Source: Eledone cirrhosa (taxonomy: Eukaryota). From it: DNA of 64,000 bases. Shown here piece by piece: positions 41,124-54,145 of this stretch. Numbering within the stretch: position 1 is the stretch's first letter; each line of letters starts with the position of its first letter. Under the pieces are notes generated by a model. The model did not search any database. It was given only the letters and a program-made list of their open reading frames with translations, and was not told where the DNA came from. The position numbers and the translations under genes are program-made. The DNA lies in assembly GCA_964016885.1 (NCBI GenBank), contig OZ024757.1, positions 27,652,001 to 27,716,000 on the forward strand, read 5' to 3'.

Positions 41124-41556
41124 TTGTTTTATCTGTTATATATATATATATATATATATATCGGATTCTGATTTTGGGGTTATTTTGGTGTTGAATAAGA
41201 TAGATTCATTCAGATTCTTACAACATGGCCACGATGTTTCAGCAAAGTGTGCATTTAAGGTCTATCAGAGAAAAAGTCCTCTCTGATGAAGCTTCATGAA
41301 TGCATATTAAGAACTATGTTTTAAGAATACTAATAAATCAACTTATATATTATATCTATATATACATCTCTCTATATATATTGTGTTGTTGTATATTTAC
41401 TTCTATATATATATTATTTTATCTCCCTCTCTCTCAATATATATCATCAGAATCATCATCAAACATTTCATGATTGCATGGGTTAAGCGAGCAGGCTGTC
41501 GCGCTATGAGGCCCGATGGTCAGGTGATCACACTCTGATCATATGCTCCCTTCATT

Positions 41557-41895
41557 TATATATATATATGTATATTTATGTGTGTGTATATGTATATTTA
41601 TGTGTGTGTGTATATATATGTATGTATATGTGTGTGTATATATATGTATATGTGTGTGTATATATATGTATATGTGTGTGTATATATATGTATATGTGTG
41701 TGTATATAGATGTATATGTGTGTGTATATATGTATATGTGTGTATATATATATATATGTATATGTATGTGTACATACATATGTATATATATATATATATG
41801 TATATGTATTTACATATGTATATATATTTATGTATATGTATATACATATGTATATATATTTATGTACATGTATATAATTATATATATATATGTAC

Positions 41896-41980
<85 letters not shown>

Positions 41981-42082
41981 TGTATATATACATGTACGTT
42001 TATATATACATACATACATGTATATATATGTCCATGTATATATATATATATGTATGTACATGTATATATATATATGTACATG

Positions 42083-42128
<46 letters not shown>

Positions 42129-42482
42129 TGTATATATTTATGTACATATATATATATGTACATGTATTTATGTAGATGTATATATATATGTACATGTATT
42201 TATGTAGATGTATATATATACATGTACATAAATATATATATATAAATACATGTACATAAATATATATATATAAATACATGTACATATATATATACATGTA
42301 CATACATATATTTACATGGACATATATATACATGTATGTATATGTATATATAAACGTACATGTATATATACATGTACATATATATACATGTACGTATGTA
42401 TATATATACGTACATGTATATATCCATGTACATATATATATATACATGTGTGTGTGTATATATATATATACACACACATATA
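41557..42482. repeat. Degenerate TA/TG/TACATG satellite
   Basis: Direct reading. Confidence 0.9.
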
Positions 42483-42674
42483 TACTATTCTTTGCTTTAA
42501 GTGGTGTCAATGCCTTACTTCATATTTTCGTTGGAATGTTTTAGGGTTCGTTTTTGGTTTTTTCAATATTTTTGCTTTTTTCCAAGAATATTTCACAACT
42601 TTACAGAGTTAATCATATTGGAATGCTGTTGTTGTTGCTGTTATTGTTGTTGTTGTAATTATTATCATTATCAT

Positions 42675-43595
42675 AGAGGGTCGGATGCCATGCTTTGCAG
42701 CATAGAGTTACAGCCCTTTAAGATCTGAGTTCAAATCTCACTGAGTTTAACTGTGCCTTTCATCCTTACGGGGTCGATAAAATAAAGTACCAGTCATGCA
42801 CTGGGCAGGTCCGGCTTAACAGCATTATAGGCCCCCGAGCAAAGCAGAGCACTGGGGCCCCTACCTACACAACCACTCACAGGAATAAAAATACAAATGG
42901 GCCCCCTATCCTCGTGGGGCCCCCGGGCAACTGCCCAGCGTGCCCATGCATTCAGATGGCCCTGGCACTGGGGTCGATTTAATCATCTTTCCCCTCCATC
43001 CAAAATTGCTGACCTTGTGCCTACATAAGAAACAATTATTATAGAGGGTGGTGGATTGGCAGTAGCAGTAGAGCAACGGACACCATGCTTTGCAGCATGG
43101 AGTTCTGGCCCTTTGAGTTCTGATTTCAAATCTCACTGAGGTTAGCTTTGCCTTTCATCCTTACAGGTTCTATAAAATAAAGTACCAGTAATGCACTGGG
43201 ATAATTGTTGGCCTTGTGCCAAAAGTAGGAACATTTATTAGAATTGATATCATCATCGAGTTCAAATCCTGCCATGGTTAGCTTTGCATTTCATCCTTAC
43301 AGGGTTGATGAAATTAAAGTACCAGTAAATGTACTGGGGTCGATTTAATCGACTTTCTCTACCACCAAAACTTGTTGGCTTTGTGCCTAAATCAGAAACC
43401 ATCGTTGAATTGGCAGTATCGGGAGAGAGTTGGACACCATGCTTTGAAGCATAGAGTTACGTCCCTTTATGATCTGAGTTCAAATCCCGCTGAGGCTAAC
43501 TTTGCCTTTCATCCTTACGGGGCCGATAAAATAAAGTACCAGTAATACACTGGGTAATTGCTGGCCTTGTGCCAAACGTAGAAACAATTATTATA
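42675..43595 (+). mobile_element. Head-to-tail array of about 4 SINE A copies
   Basis: Repeated head/B-box/central block/AGAAACAATTATT tail units. Confidence 0.85.
42806..42964. mobile_element. hAT-type MITE inserted into a SINE
   Basis: CAGG...CCTG termini with a perfect 8-bp TSD GCACTGGG. Confidence 0.8.
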
Positions 43596-43864
43596 TTATT
43601 ATCATCATCAAAATTCTTCTCTTTATCCTCATCATTAAACTATATATGGGAGTGTCTGTACACTGAGTCAGTTTATAAAATACAAACATGTTTTTCTCAC
43701 TGACTTTTATCATTGTAACAACATAAATTACGCTAATCTTGCCCCCCCCCCCCTTCCCACGCCCCCATCATTATGTTGTTATAACCTTTCCGTATGCCCA
43801 ACATTATCTGAAATACCCCAAACTTCGTTCCTAGATAAATAACAAAAGAAATTATTATTCTCAT

Positions 43865-44285
43865 CATCATTATTCTCGTTTTTATTGAGTGTTGTCACTG
43901 CATTATCGAGCACAGCTCTGTGTGCTTTGGGTATGTGCAGTGTTGTTTTAATGTTATTTCTGCTGTATTGAGAATATTTTTCATAATATGTGTACAGTGC
44001 CTAATAGTGATGTTTTCTGTATGTTGTATATATGTGTAAGTCCTGGGGTTTTGATTATATATATATATGTTTGAGTGTTTTATGGTTTTTTGGGGTTTTG
44101 TTTTTCATCATTCATTGAGCCCTTATTATTATAGGAATTGTTTCTGTTTTCTTCATCCACGATGGGGTTATTTCTATCTCCAGAGCTTCATAACTGGATA
44201 ATTCCTTCATTTCTTTGATAGATATATTGTCATCTGTGGGGATTGATACATCAATAAGGCATTTCATTTCTTTGTTGTCTTTCAC
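43865..44285 (-). pseudogene. R4/Dong-type non-LTR retrotransposon 3' end (restriction-like endonuclease)
   Basis: Minus strand reads KCLIDVSIPTDDNISIKEMKELSSYEALEIEI...KTETIPIII...IQKTSLLGTVHIL, followed by a TAA/TGA-type tail. Confidence 0.75.
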
Positions 44286-44294
44286 TAATTATTA

Positions 44295-44518
44295 TTAACC
44301 CTTTAGCATTCACATTACTCTGTATTTACTATTGTATTTTCATAGAAAAGCTTTATCTAACATAATTATCCCACATAAATATTCAAAATACGAGATTTTA
44401 ATATTCATTTTGGGAACAATACCTTAACGTCGGTATGGGTGGCTGTTTATGGCTGGTTAGAACAGAAAGGTGAGAGAATTCTGGCTGGAAAAAGCCAGAT
44501 TAAATGCTAAAAGGTTAA
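44295..44518. mobile_element. piggyBac-type MITE family 1
   Basis: TTAA TSD and TIRs. Confidence 0.8.
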
Positions 44519-44526
44519 ACTTTAAA

Positions 44527-45155
44527 GAGGGGTGGATTGGTAGTATCAGTTGAGCGTTGGATATGCTTTGCAGCATATAATTATGACCCTTAATGTTGTC
44601 AGTTCAAATCCTGCTGAGGCTTGCTTTGCCTTTCATCGTTACGGGGTCGATAGAATAAAGTACCAGTAATGCCTTGGGGTCAATTTCATCAACTTTCCCC
44701 TTCTCACAAAATTAAAGAAACCATTAAAGGGCAGTGGATTGGCAGTATCGGTTAAGCATTGGACATCATGCTTTCCGGCATATAGTTACAGCTCTTTATG
44801 TTCTGAGTTCAAATCTTGCTAAAGTTAGCTTAGCCTTTCATCCTTACAGAGTCAATAAAATAAAGTACCAGTAATGCACTGGGGTCAATTTAATCGACTT
44901 TCCCATCCCCCAAACATTGTTGGTCTTGTGTCTAAATCAGAAACCATTATTATGTATTATCAAGGGCAGTGGATTGGCAGTTTCATTAGAGGGTCGGACG
45001 CCATACTTTGACGTTTAGTTACCGCCCTTTATGGTCTGAGTTCAAATCCCGCCAAGGTTAACTTTGCCTTTCATCCTTACGAGGTCGATAAAATAAAGTA
45101 CCAGTAATGCACTGGGTAATTGTTGGTCTTGTGTCTAAATCAGAAACAATTATTA
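44527..45155 (+). mobile_element. Head-to-tail array of 3 SINE A copies
   Basis: Same unit structure. Confidence 0.85.
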
Positions 45156-45299
45156 TGTATTATCAAGAAAATATTGTTCACCCCTTGCATCTCCCCGGCA
45201 GTTCCATTTTTCAGCCCCCCCCCCCCCCCCCCCACATATCTGTGCCTCCCCACTGTGTCCACCTATGATCCTTCATATCCTCTCTATGTCTACTTCCAG

Positions 45300-45368
45300 T
45301 GCCTTCAAGGTACACAATGCCGGCACAACATTCTACTTTGCCTCCGAACGTCAAGATGACATGAGCAA
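45300..45368 (+). CDS. CNK: PH domain exon (FAFKVHNAGTTFYFASERQDDMS+AA)
   Basis: TTCCAG acceptor, AA|GTAAGT donor. Phase 2 in, phase 2 out. AFK...TFYFA motif. Confidence 0.93.
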
Positions 45369-45414
45369 GTAAGTGACTCAATCTTTATTGTACCTCTCAC
45401 CCCCCTCTCATTGT

Positions 45415-46095
45415 CTGTGTGTGTGTTAGCCCTGTGTGTGCTATCCCTGTGTGTCTGTGTGTGTGTTTATGTGCATGTCTGTGTGTGCTAGCCCTGTGTG
45501 TCTGTGTGTGTTTATGTGCATGTCTGTGTGCTAGCCCTGTGTGTGTGTGTGTGTGTTTATGTGCATGTATGTGTGTGCTATCCCTGTGTGTCTGTGTGTG
45601 TGTTTATGTGCATGTCTGTGTGCTAGCCCTGTGTGTCTGTGTGTGTTTATGTGCATGTCTGTGTGTGTTAGCTGTGTGTGTCTGTGTTTATGTGCATGTC
45701 TGTGTGTGCTATCCCTGTGTGTCTGTGTGTGTGTTTATGTGCATGTCTGTGTGCTAGCCCTGTGTGTCTGTGTGTGTTTATGTGCATGTCTGTGTGTGTT
45801 AGCTCTGTGTGTGTGTGTTTATGTGCATGTCTGTGTGCTAGCCCTGTGTGTCTGTGTGTGTTTATGTGCATGCCTGTGTGTGCTAGCCCTGTGTGTGTGT
45901 TTATGTGTGTGTCTGTGTGTGCTAGCTCTGTGTGTGTGTTTTTATGTGCATGCCTGTATGTGCTTGCCTTGTGTGTATGTGCGTTTACGTGCATGTGCTA
46001 GCCTTGTGTGTTTATGTGCATGTATGTATGTGCTTGCCCTGTGTGTATGTGTTTATGTGCATGTCTGTGTGTGCTTGCTCTGTGTGTGTGTGTGA
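45415..46095. repeat. ~45-bp TG-rich minisatellite
   Basis: Unit gctagccctgtgtgtctgtgtgtgtttatgtgcatgtctgtgt. Confidence 0.85.
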
Positions 46096-46173
46096 GTTTG
46101 CTCATGTTTTTACTTGTGTGTGCGTAAGAGTTTGCTCATATTTGTGTCTGTGTGAGTTATATATAATGAATAT

Positions 46174-46770
46174 ATAATGAAATTATTGTGTAAAGTGCTC
46201 AGGTGCACTACAACTCGTCAAAGGTGCATGTATAGTACATAGAATAATATACCAATGTCAGGGAAGTGAACAATGTATGAGTCATGATATACATGTGTGC
46301 ATGTGTGTGGAGGGGGAACATTAGGTGTAGTGTTGGCGAATCTTGGGAAGCATGGAGGTCTTAAAGGATGCAGTCTCTCAACAGCTAACAACTGATGCAG
46401 GTAGTTTGTTCCATGCTTCAGCAACTCTGAGCGTGAAAAAATGTTTCCGAAAGTCATGGGAACTGTGCTGTTTTCTGACTTGTTAGACACATGGAAATCA
46501 AAAAGGTACTCAGGGTTGTTGTTGGCAAGATGGTTAACAATTTTGTGGGCGCTTACCAAGTCAGCTGCCAGGCGTCGGAGCTTCAATGTAGCCATGCCCA
46601 GGGAAGCAAGGCGTTCAGAGTATGGTAGATGCCTGATGGAGGGTATTCGCTTGGTTGCACGTCTCTGAACAGTTTCCAGGCAGTCAATGTTCTGAGCAAG
46701 ATAGGGGTTCCAGACTGGTGATGCAAATTCAAAGTGTGGCTGCACCATAGTCATATGCAGCCTTAAATAG
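46174..46770 (-). pseudogene. 5'-truncated CR1-clade LINE (RT C-terminus and 3'UTR)
   Basis: VQPHFEFASPVWNPY...LETVQRRATKRIP...YSERLASLG...LRRLAADL. The same 3' end recurs at 39280-39510(+), 49535-49600(+) and 54905-54960(-). Confidence 0.9.
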
Positions 46771-47189
46771 ATAGTTGTGTGCGCGTTTGTGAGAATTTGC
46801 TCGTGTTTGTGTGTGTGCATGTTTGTGCATGTGTGTGAGAGAGAGTTTGCTCACGTTTGTGAGTGTTTGCTTGTGTGTATGTGTTTGTGCATGTGTGTGA
46901 GTGTTCATATTTATGTGTATGTATCATCATCATCATAGTTTTATGTATGTTTTCCACACTGGCGTGAGTCCAATAGGTTGTCAAGTTTGAGACAAGACAG
47001 GCTGGACTACAATGTCCAGACCATATGTTCCAGTTTGGCATGGTTTTCACAGCCTAATGCCAAACAATACACAGGATAGCATCATCATCATCATTATCAT
47101 CATCATTGTTTTTACGTCCACTTTTCCATGCTTGCATGCAGACATTAATGATGATAATAATGATGATGATATAACATTCTCGTTTCTAG

Positions 47190-47302
47190 GTGGATGAACA
47201 AGATGGGACTAGCTGCTATCAACTATGATATGTCTAATGTTAGCACAACAGGAGGTTTTATTAAACCAGACAAACAAATGAACACAACCCATGCTCTACA
47301 CA
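47190..47302 (+). CDS. CNK: PH C-terminal helix exon (KWMNKMGLAAINYDMSNVSTTGGFIKPDKQMNTTHALH+A)
   Basis: TTTCTAG acceptor, CA|GTAAGT donor. Contains the conserved PH-helix Trp. Phase 2 in, phase 1 out. Confidence 0.9.
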
Positions 47303-47421
47303 GTAAGTTGAACATGTCTCTTCATATTTGGAAACTTATTATCTAACATTACTGCACATATATGTAGAATATCTATCGGTTTAAATTCACAAATTTATTA
47401 TCTAATATGGAGATTATCTGT

Positions 47422-47649
47422 TTAACCCTTTAGCATTTAAACTGGCCATAACTGACCAGAATTCTCTCGTCTTTCTGTTGTAACTGGCTGCTCCTACTCA
47501 TGTTAAGGTATTGTTATCAAAATAAATAATATCGAACTCTCATAGATTCGATATTATGTAAGATAAAGCCTTTACTGTGAAAATACAATAGTATATATAG
47601 AGTAAAATACAATAGTATATATAGAGTAATGTAAATGCTAAAGGGTTAA
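47422..47649. mobile_element. piggyBac-type MITE family 1
   Basis: TTAA TSD and TIRs, with a small internal duplication. Confidence 0.85.
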
Positions 47650-47677
47650 AATATAAATTTATTATCCAATACATTGT

Positions 47678-47836
47678 ACTTGCGTCGGCTGAAAAATTCA
47701 TAGGATGACTATGAAAGATTGATTTCAACTCTTCTTATTAATAACTGGATTGTTTCTTTCTAGGAAAAAATAAACCTCATTGGGTCATTCCATGAGTATC
47801 TTGGTCAGCCTATGAACTTTTCAGCCGGCCCTCGTA
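47678..47836. mobile_element. mariner-type MITE
   Basis: CGGCTGAAAAATTCATAGG / CCTATGAACTTTTCAGCCGGCCCTCG-TA inverted termini. Confidence 0.6.
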
Positions 47837-47967
47837 CATATATGTTGAACACCTCTGTCTTAGTAAATTTATAAATCTATTGTCTAATATACTGTATATA
47901 TATATATGTAGAATGTCTACCTGTTGAAATACATAAATTTATTTAATGTACTGCACATATATGTGGT

Positions 47968-48240
47968 GAAGGCACGTGGCATAGTGGTAAGGGTGTTGGA
48001 CTTACAAGTGTAATGTTGTAGGTTCGATTCCTGGGCTGGGTTGCGTGTTGTGCTCTTGAGCAAAATACTTTATTTCACGTTGCTCCAGTGTACTCAGCTG
48101 AAAATGAGTAGCAGCAATAGCTGGGAGTTTAACCCTGCGATGGACTAGCATCCTGTCCAGGGTAAAGTCTTGTACTCTCAGTTGCTTCATGCCATGAAAC
48201 TGGGATAAGCACCAGCTCAACCCACTACCTGCAGCACACA
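47968..48240 (+). mobile_element. CORE-like SINE with a different 3' part (related heads at 366-510, 24531-24650, 55057-55160)
   Basis: TGGCATAGTGG / GGTTCGATTCC boxes and CTTGAGCAAAATACTT block. Confidence 0.75.
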
Positions 48241-48354
48241 AGGGCAGGCATGCACATATATGTGGAACGTCTGTCTCGTCATATTCACGAATTAATCATC
48301 TAATAAACAGTTGGCCCCTAATAACTGGTTTATGTGTTTCTTCCTCCCCCCCAG

Positions 48355-48438
48355 CTGACGTCTACTACAGTGAAAGTGAAGATGAGACTGAAGACTTAGG
48401 CTCCCACCAGGAACTTTCAGAACATTCCGAAGGAAAAG
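48355..48438 (+). CDS. CNK: Exon with the acidic YYSESEDE motif (TDVYYSESEDETEDLGSHQELSEHSEGK+G)
   Basis: CCCCCCAG acceptor, AG|GTAATC donor. YxSESE motif typical of CNKSR/IPCEF1 after the PH domain. Phase 1 in, phase 1 out. Confidence 0.88.
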
Positions 48439-48939
48439 GTAATCACTAAATTCCAGTATTATCAATTTAATCATTCCTACCCTACTTCCAGAATACCTTG
48501 TATTTTATTTAGTATTTAGTTATGCCCATTTACATTCTAATTTCAAATTTCACAGCCATGCCTGTGTCTGTATATGATGGTATGATAGGTAGTGAATTGG
48601 CAGAGTCGTTAGAATGTTGGATAGAATGCTTTGCCGTATCCGTTCTGTCTTTCTGCTCTCTGAGTTCAAATCCTGTCAAGGTCTAGATTGATTTTAAAAA
48701 AGTACCAGACTAGTACTGGGGTTGATTCTTACTCTATATCTCTTTCTCTCACTTCTGTCACTCTATATCTTACTCTGGAAGAAACCTGCTGTATTCAAAG
48801 CTGGAGAGGAGATGGGTTCCGCCTGGTTTAAAAGTGCCTTAGAAACGCTCTATGTCAATATGGCGTCCCTACGACTCCATTAGGAGTTACGTGATGGTGG
48901 TGACATTTTTATTTTTTTTTTACTTTTTCTTTGCTCTAG

Positions 48940-49130
48940 ATTATGATAGTAGCAATGATGACTTGAAGGAACTGTACAGACAACTTGATAAGAGGAATCT
49001 CACCATTGTTGGAATGGACCGGAACCGACGGCGCCGGAGTCACATCCAGTCAGCTGATATGAAAATAACAGTTTCCGACGAACAAATGAACGTAATGAAA
49101 AAAATTTGTCGACTCAAACGAATGTTAAAG
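48940..49130 (+). CDS. CNK: CNK/IPCEF1 C-terminal domain exon (DYDSSNDDLKELYRQLDKRNLTIVG...KKICRLKRMLK)
   Basis: Long T tract with CTAG acceptor, AAG|GTCAGT donor. Resembles the D-x-L-x-x-LY-x-x-L...K-I-x-x-L-x-x-x-LK domain of IPCEF1/CNKSR. Phase 1 in, phase 0 out. Confidence 0.9.
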
Positions 49131-50140
49131 GTCAGTTATCTCCCTTTAGTTTCCTTTCAATCTTTCCATTGACACTATCTGTTGGTAGCAACTCCCAGCA
49201 AAAATGTACACTCAAATGATCGTTAAAGGACTGTTACCACTCTTAAGTTTACATTAGTCTTTCCATCACTGATATTATCTGTCGATCATTATTCTATGTT
49301 AACTTTGCCTTTCATCCTTACGGGGTCGATAAAATAAAGTAGCAGTAATACACTGGGTAATTGCTGGCCTTGTGCCAAAAGTAGAAACAATTATTCTATG
49401 TACTATATGGTCTGAGTTCAAATCCCGCTAGATTAACTTTGCCTTTCATCCTTACGGGGTCGATAAAATAAAGCACCAGTAATACATTGGAGTAATTGCT
49501 GGCCTTGTGCCAAAAGTAGAAACAATTATTCTATGTACTATACATGCACCTTTGATGAGTTGTAGTGCACCTGAGCACTATACACAATAATTTACATTAA
49601 TATTATTTAATTGCCACAGTCCACAATAAGTACCACCAGATTATTTGGAAAATGTTATCTGTGGTAGACCAGTGTCATATCCGGGGGAAGATCTATCTCT
49701 CATCACTGTCTATGTGGTGCTACGCTATATTTTACTACATTATCTCAGTTCACTCTAGCTATCAATAGGCACCAACAGATCATAGAGTAATGTTACCTAT
49801 GATAGACAGGTGTCATATCCAGGGAGAGATTTATCTCTCATCTCTTGTTATTATAGTATTCTCCCTACTTTCCACTCTCTCTGAATTCTAATTTTTTCTT
49901 CTTATCCTCTCTCCTTATCCATCCATCAAACTGTCTTTCTGTTTTTTTCTATCAATCTATCTCTCTCTCTATTTTTTTCTATCTATCTATCTGTCTATTT
50001 TTCTATCTATCTATCTATCTATCTGTCTATTTTCTATCTATTTATCTGTTTGTATCTATTTTTCTATATATCTATGTATCTACCTGTCTAATTTTTCTAT
50101 CTATTTATCAATCTATTTTTCTATCTATCTCTGTAAACAG

Positions 50141-50254
50141 GACAAAGAAATAGAGCTTGAAACTCTGGACAACATCCTCGACTCTGGCACACCACATCAG
50201 CTGCAAGAATACAAAGAGTCATATGGTTCAACACAATCCCTCAGCGGACCCTAA
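50141..50254 (+). CDS. CNK: Last coding exon (DKEIELETLDNILDSGTPHQLQEYKESYGSTQSLSGP*)
   Basis: AAACAG acceptor, phase 0. xKExxLxxxxxxL continues the C-terminal domain. TAA at 50252-50254. Confidence 0.88.
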   Translation, partial: DKEIELETLDNILDSGTPHQLQEYKESYGSTQSLSGP

Positions 50255-51326
50255 GTAATTCTGACACTTCAGAAGACATTCTCAAACCACCCTCTTCACT
50301 TTGTTGTGAGAGAAGGGTGGATGTACACAACACCACCTCACTTTAACAAAACAAATTGGTCACATCTAAGCAAGACTCGGAACAAATAGATTAAAAGGTG
50401 AGCGATGGTGGCTGTGTAGCATGTACAGCTATGTGGGAGAGACACTCTTATGACAATGGGGATGATGATGATGATGATGATGACGACGATGGAGAGGAGG
50501 AGGATGATGATGTGATAATGTAAAAAAAAAATATATATAAATAAACATAACATAACGTGATTGAAGAAATATTAATCTAATCATTATTTCAAAAGACTTT
50601 GTCATAAATATGATTTTTAAAACCAACAACAACACCAACAATCCATAAACCACCACCAACATCACCTACACCAACATCACCACTGCCAACAAAAACACCA
50701 ACACAACACCAACACACCGCTAAGAACAACACCAATACCACCACAAACACCAGTAACAACAAGAACAAGACTAGCTCCAAAAATAACACTACCAAACACC
50801 ACCACTGACAACACTACTAATACTACCACTGAAGACACTACCTAATACTACCACTGAAGACACTACCTAATACTATACCAACACCACCATCACTACCTTC
50901 AACAATAACACCACCACCACTACCAACACTACCACTAACACCACTGACAACACTACCAATACTACCTACACCACTGATGATATTTCCTATACTATACCAA
51001 CACCACCACCACTGCCATCTCTACCAACACCAACAACAACAACAACAACAGCAGTATCTCCAACAATAACACAACTGACAACACTACCAATACTACCACC
51101 GAAGACACTACCCATACTATACCAACAACACCATCACTACCACTCCACCACCACCACCACCACCACCACCACCACAAACAACAACAACATTAACAAGCCT
51201 GCTGTACATTTTATTAAGGACTTTATTGTCACTGGCTGTTTTATATTTTTCAAATTTGCAGACAATCTTCTGTTGTTGATGTTTTGTTATTACTACCATT
51301 ACTATTATTATTATTATTATTATTGA

Positions 51327-51950
51327 TAGGTAGAATTGGTAGAGCGTCGAATAAAATGTCATTGCGCTATTTGTTCTGGTGCTTTACATTCTGAGTTCAA
51401 ATCCCACCGAGGTTAACTTTGCCTTTCATTCTTACAGGGTCAATTAAATAAAGTACCAGTAATACACTGGGTTAATTGCTGGCCTTATGCCAACAGTAGA
51501 AACAATTATCATTACTATTATCATCATTATTATTATTATTATTATTATTATGGCGGTGGATTGGCAGAGTTGTTAGTGTCGGACATGCTTTGCAGTATAT
51601 AGTTACGTCCCTTTGTGTTCTGAGTTCAAATCCCACCGAAGTTAGCTTTGCCTTTCATCCTTACAAGGTCAATAAAATAAAGTACCAGTAATGCACTGGG
51701 GGTCGATTTAATCGTCTTTCCCCTCTCGCCAAAATTGTTGGCCTGCTGCCTAAATCAGAAACCATTATTCAGTAGAGGGTCGGACGCCATGCTTTGCAGC
51801 ATAGAGTTACGGTCCGTTACAGTCTGAGTTCAAATCCCGCTGAGGTTAACTTTGCCTTTCATCCTTACGGGGTTGATAAAATAAAGCACCAGTAATGTAC
51901 TGGGGAAATTGCTGGCCTTGTGCCAAAAATAGAAACAATTATTATTATTA
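51327..51950 (+). mobile_element. Head-to-tail array of 3 SINE A copies (putative 3'UTR)
   Basis: Same unit structure, separated by (ATT)n. Confidence 0.85.
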
Positions 51951-52284
51951 TTTCATTTGTTTGATTTTAAGCTTGCATAATGGTGTACACTTGCTGCATA
52001 ACAGCTTGCATAATGGTGTACACTTGCTGCATAACAGCTTGCATATGTGTTTCTACTTCATAATTTTTTATTTTTTTGCCACTCACTGCAAAAATGTCAT
52101 CACATAAAGTGGGGGTGGATAGGGTGGTGGTGAAGGAGTTTGAACAGGTTTTTTTTTTTTTCTTTCTTTTAAATCTTTATCCCTAATTTAGTTACCATGG
52201 CAACATCATGGTAATGTCATTTGAATTATGAATTACATTACCATGGTAATCCATGGTATAATGTTTAATTTTCTGCTGTTGGTG

Positions 52285-52317
<33 letters not shown>

Positions 52318-53089
52318 TACATATATATAGGATGTCCCAAAAATGTATTCACACGTCAACGGCATTCTAATAAATATTGCCTGTACAGTTAATCAAAGTG
52401 TGTATACATTTTTACGGGACACAAACATATATATATATATATATATGCCACAACACATAAATGTCCTTGGCGTGTTGGTAAACACAATATTGATTGAAAT
52501 AGTGAGGGAGCCTCTATGCCAGGTGGTAGGGCAGCAATAGATAGGCTAAAACCCTCATGTGGATCATTGCGGTGTTCTCCGTGGGCCTCAGAGCTTTTCA
52601 AATATTTACATGTAAAATCTATCATATATATGTCGGCTACCAAGGTGTTCTTTTCTCTGTGGACTTCAGACCTTTTCATTTCTAGGTAACACAAAGAACA
52701 TTGAGCTTTTTTTCTCTCAGTCTCAAATCATTTCAAATTTTTATACATTAGATATACTATAATATACATAAAGTCCATAGAGATGGTCCCTGTCTGCCTC
52801 AGATCTTTCCAAATTCTTATACGTAAGATATGCTTTAATATACTTGTGGGCCATTCAGGTGTTCTCTGTAGGCATCAGACCTTTCCAAATATTTATATGT
52901 AAGATAGAGTATCATATGGGCTACAGGCAAAACTAAACCTTAAAAAACTCTTTATGTTGGTTGTTCAACATGCTAGCAATAACAGCTAAATCACCCTCAT
53001 ATGACAGGGGTTAAGGTCAGAGATGAATCTTAGTCTTAGTCGGAAGAAGAAAAAAATGTTTTTTTAAAATGTGACTGAAAAAAATTAAT

Positions 53090-53640
53090 TTTACGTTCTG
53101 AATTCAAATCCCACCGAGGTCAACTTTGCCTTTCATCCTTACAGGGTCGATAAAATAAAGTACCAGTAATGTACTGGGGTAATTGCTGGCCTTGTGCCAA
53201 AAGTAAAAACATTATTATTATTACTATTATTATCAGGACGGTAGATTGGTAGTATCGGTAGAGCATCAGACAATATGCTTTGCAGCATACAGTTATGGTC
53301 TTTTACATTCTGAGGTTAGCTTTACTTTTCATCCTTATGAGGGCGATAAAATAAAGTACCAGCACTGGGGTCGATTTAATTGACATTCTCCTTTTCCCTC
53401 CCCCAAAATTGTTGGCCTTGTGCCTAAATCAGAAACCATTATTATTAGTGGATTGGCAGTATCGGTAGAGGGTCGGACGCCATGCTTTCCAGCATAGTTA
53501 CGTCCCTTTACGATCTGAGTTCAAATCCCGCCGAGGTTGACTTTGCCTTTCATCCTTACGGGGTCGATAAAATAAAGTACCAGTAATGTACTGGGTAATT
53601 GCTGGCCTTGTGCCTAAATCAGAAACCATTATTATTAATT
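53090..53640 (+). mobile_element. Head-to-tail array of 3 SINE A copies
   Basis: Same unit structure. Confidence 0.85.
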
Positions 53641-54083
53641 GTTGTAGTAATAGAATATCTATTTCTGTAACAAAACCACAAGATGAAAACCAGAGTCTAT
53701 ATCGCTAAGTTAATTAGTTCTTTTGTTAATTTAAATTATTGCAGCTATGGCCATGCTGGAGCAGCATTTTCATTCAGTCAGTGTTCAAACTACTGTAAAG
53801 TACAGACAAGCATCAATCAAACATTTCTCACATTTTCATAGAATTTTATTTAATCTTTTATTATTATTGTTGTTATTTTGTTTATCCTCCTGATTAATTA
53901 ATATATATATATTTTTGAAATTTATTATAAAATTACTGCTGATATAATTAGTCATCTATTAAGTAATATCTAATCATAAAAAAAAACTGACTATCAAACC
54001 AGTTGTCTTTAGTAGTGTACAGAATAATATGTTAATAAAATATAATAGTTAGAAAAAGTAATAAAACGCTGTTTATCACTTGG

Positions 54084-54145
<62 letters not shown>

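Noticed and set aside
41215-41310. Further CTGATGA-containing candidates (41283+, 15414-15433-, 39116-39122-, 7477-7512-, 6868-6918+)
   Set aside because: The GAAA/UH half is missing, or the core or stems are too degenerate to call individually as hammerheads. They are probably decayed members of the same class.
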